A DNA stretch of 62,014 bases, filler included, from Nemertoderma westbladi (Eukaryota > Animalia > Xenacoelomorpha), in assembly GCA_032718475.1 (NCBI GenBank). It is 4 parts of 4 records of this genome, joined end to end, with 100 filler letters (N's around TTAATTAATTAA, not from the genome) between each part and the next. Parts side by side here need not be neighbours in the genome. Positions count along the whole stretch, not along the records: positions 53,379 to 62,014 come from JAUCBJ010000843.1; 3 more parts are not named here. One strand, written 5' to 3'. A program made the translations under genes and the position numbers. A model generated the notes under the pieces. The model ran no database searches. It was given only the letters and a program-made list of their open reading frames with translations, and was not told where the DNA came from. Positions 61,992 to 62,014 of the stretch are shown piece by piece. Numbering within the stretch: position 1 is the first letter of the stretch; each line of letters starts with the position of its first letter.

Positions 61992-62014
61992 CTTAACAAA
62001 CTGTCTAAACCTTG

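Overview
AT-rich eukaryotic genomic DNA, probably from a marine invertebrate (inferred from the repeat families and genes). Three artificial gap spacers (N-run, TTAATTAATTAA, N-run) split it into four contigs. Most of the window is nested transposons and satellites. Retroelements: the 5' part of a BEL/Pao LTR element, a near-complete RTE LINE, Copia and Proto2/RTEX-like relics, and a Neptune-type Penelope element with minimal hammerhead ribozymes. DNA elements: EnSpm/CACTA, hAT, Sola-like and Tc1-like MITEs, a THAP P/Galileo-like element, a Kolobok fragment and DINE-1/Helentron-like elements. Tandem arrays have 26, 23, 44 and 41 bp units. Three host genes are supported: a divergent sclerostin/SOSTDC1-like cystine-knot gene, a protamine-like basic protein gene with CCAAT/TATA promoter, and the first BRCT exon of a PARP4-like gene. 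The most striking signal is a set of TA-GGCC-TA, TA-CCGG-TA and TA-CTG-TA micro-insertions. Paralogue comparisons inside the window show they are insertions at TA, and they cluster at promoter/leader regions like excision footprints. Other highlights are a ~260-aa Thr/Pro-rich in-frame insert inside the Penelope RT palm and a mobile element carrying CTCF-like motifs every ~146 bp.
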